DNA of 64,000 nucleotides from Vulcanimicrobiota bacterium (GTDB lineage Bacteria; Vulcanimicrobiota; Vulcanimicrobiia; Vulcanimicrobiales; Vulcanimicrobiaceae): NCBI GenBank assembly GCA_963695225.1, contig OY968762.1, positions 1,024,001 to 1,088,000 of the forward strand, read 5' to 3'. Shown piece by piece: positions 63,011 to 64,000 of this stretch (position 1 is its first letter; each line of letters starts with the position of its first letter). The notes under the pieces were generated by a model. It saw only the letters and a program-made list of their open reading frames with translations, ran no database searches and was not told where the DNA came from. The position numbers and the translations under genes were made by a program.

Positions 63011-64000
63011 ATGTATCTCGATCGCATCAGACTAAAGTCGCTGTGGGGCAAGGTTACGAGCGCGGATGAAGCCGCACAGTGGATTCGCAACGGGATGACG
63101 GTCGGTATCAGCGGATTCACGCGCTCCGGCGATGCGAAAGCGGTCCCGCTCGCACTCGCCGAGCGCGCTGCAAGCGAGGAATTGAAGATCACGTTGATGA
63201 CGGGCGCCTCGCTCGGCAACGACGTCGACCGAATCCTCACCGAGGCGGGCGTGCTCGCGCGCCGTCTCCCTTTTCAGGCCGATCCGGTATTGCGCCGGGC
63301 GATCAACGACGGAAAGGTCATGTTCGTCGACCAGCACTTGAGCGAGACCGTCGAGTTGTTGCGCAGCCGCCAGATGGGGCCGATCGACGTCGCGATCATC
63401 GAGGCCGTCGCGATCACCGAGGACGGCGGCATCGTGCCGACGACCTCCGTCGGGAACTCTGCGACCTTCGGGATCTTGGCCGAGAAGGTGATCGTCGAGA
63501 TCAACCTCTCGCAACCGGCGGAACTCGAAGGCATGCACGACATCTACATCCCGACGCGCCGCCCCTTCCGCGAGCCGATACCCGTCGTCGCTCCTGAAAG
63601 CCGCGTCGGCCTGCCCTACATCCCGATCGATCCGAGCAAGATCGCCGCGGTCGTCATCACGCAGAAGCTCGACTCGTCGGCGAGCGTCCTGCCTGCCGAC
63701 GCCGAGACCGATAGGATCGCGGGGCACCTCATCGAGTTCCTGAACCACGAAGTGCGCCGGGGCCGCATGAACCGCACGCTCCAGCCGCTTCAAGCCGGCA
63801 TCGGCACGATCGCGAACGCGGTTATGCACGGGCTCATGGATAGCCCATTCCACGATCTCAAGATGTACTCCGAGGTGCTGCAGGACAGCACGTTCGAACT
63901 GTTCGATGCCGGGAAACTGACGTTCGCCTCGGGCTCCTCGATCACGTTGTCGGAGAGCAAGTACGACGAAGTCATCCCCGCGATCGCCCGATACAAGAGC
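63011..64000 (+). CDS. Acetyl-CoA hydrolase / succinate CoA-transferase family protein; runs off the window end
   Basis: Translated by hand: MYLDRIR...GISGFTRSGDAKAVP...TGASLG...VDQHLSE...PTTSVGNS...LQAGIGTIANAV...YSEVLQD. Confidence 0.9.
   Translation, partial: MYLDRIRLKSLWGKVTSADEAAQWIRNGMTVGISGFTRSGDAKAVPLALAERAASEELKITLMTGASLGNDVDRILTEAGVLARRLPFQADPVLRRAINDGKVMFVDQHLSETVELLRSRQMGPIDVAIIEAVAITEDGGIVPTTSVGNSATFGILAEKVIVEINLSQPAELEGMHDIYIPTRRPFREPIPVVAPESRVGLPYIPIDPSKIAAVVITQKLDSSASVLPADAETDRIAGHLIEFLNHEVRRGRMNRTLQPLQAGIGTIANAVMHGLMDSPFHDLKMYSEVLQDSTFELFDAGKLTFASGSSITLSESKYDEVIPAIARYKS

Overview
A high-GC bacterial chromosomal segment with about 60 genes. I found no rRNA, tRNA, CRISPR array, integrase or transposase. 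The main feature is a complete, intact Mo-nitrogenase cluster on the minus strand (42532-53310): nifH-nifI1-nifI2-nifD-nifK-fdx-nifE-nifN-nifB-nifV plus an unknown terminal ORF. It is the Group II (clostridial/anaerobe, cluster III nifH) type and is transcribed divergently from an FprA-type ferredoxin-NADP reductase. The housekeeping backbone looks Terrabacterial and mixes Firmicute-like and actinobacterial-like gene orders: topA-trmFO-hslV-[M20 peptidase]-hslU-def-fmt-rsmB-fhaA-fhaB-PP2C-rodA, GerMN-amidase-murI, and dxs-secG-oppDF. From this I tentatively infer a Ca. Eremiobacterota-like host; that is not tested. Other notable items are a stand-alone anthrax-lethal-factor-like zinc protease, a degenerate PP2C with no kinase nearby, a NERD-like/SF1 helicase next to a decaying low-GC islet with a BrnTA toxin-antitoxin pair, a Lys-rich histone-like protein with 18-nt tandem repeats, an SPFH plus double-Tim44/zinc-ribbon pair, and a tri-heme cytochrome c. 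All calls come from motif recognition by eye, with no database searches. Start codons were refined by hand from the ORF track.
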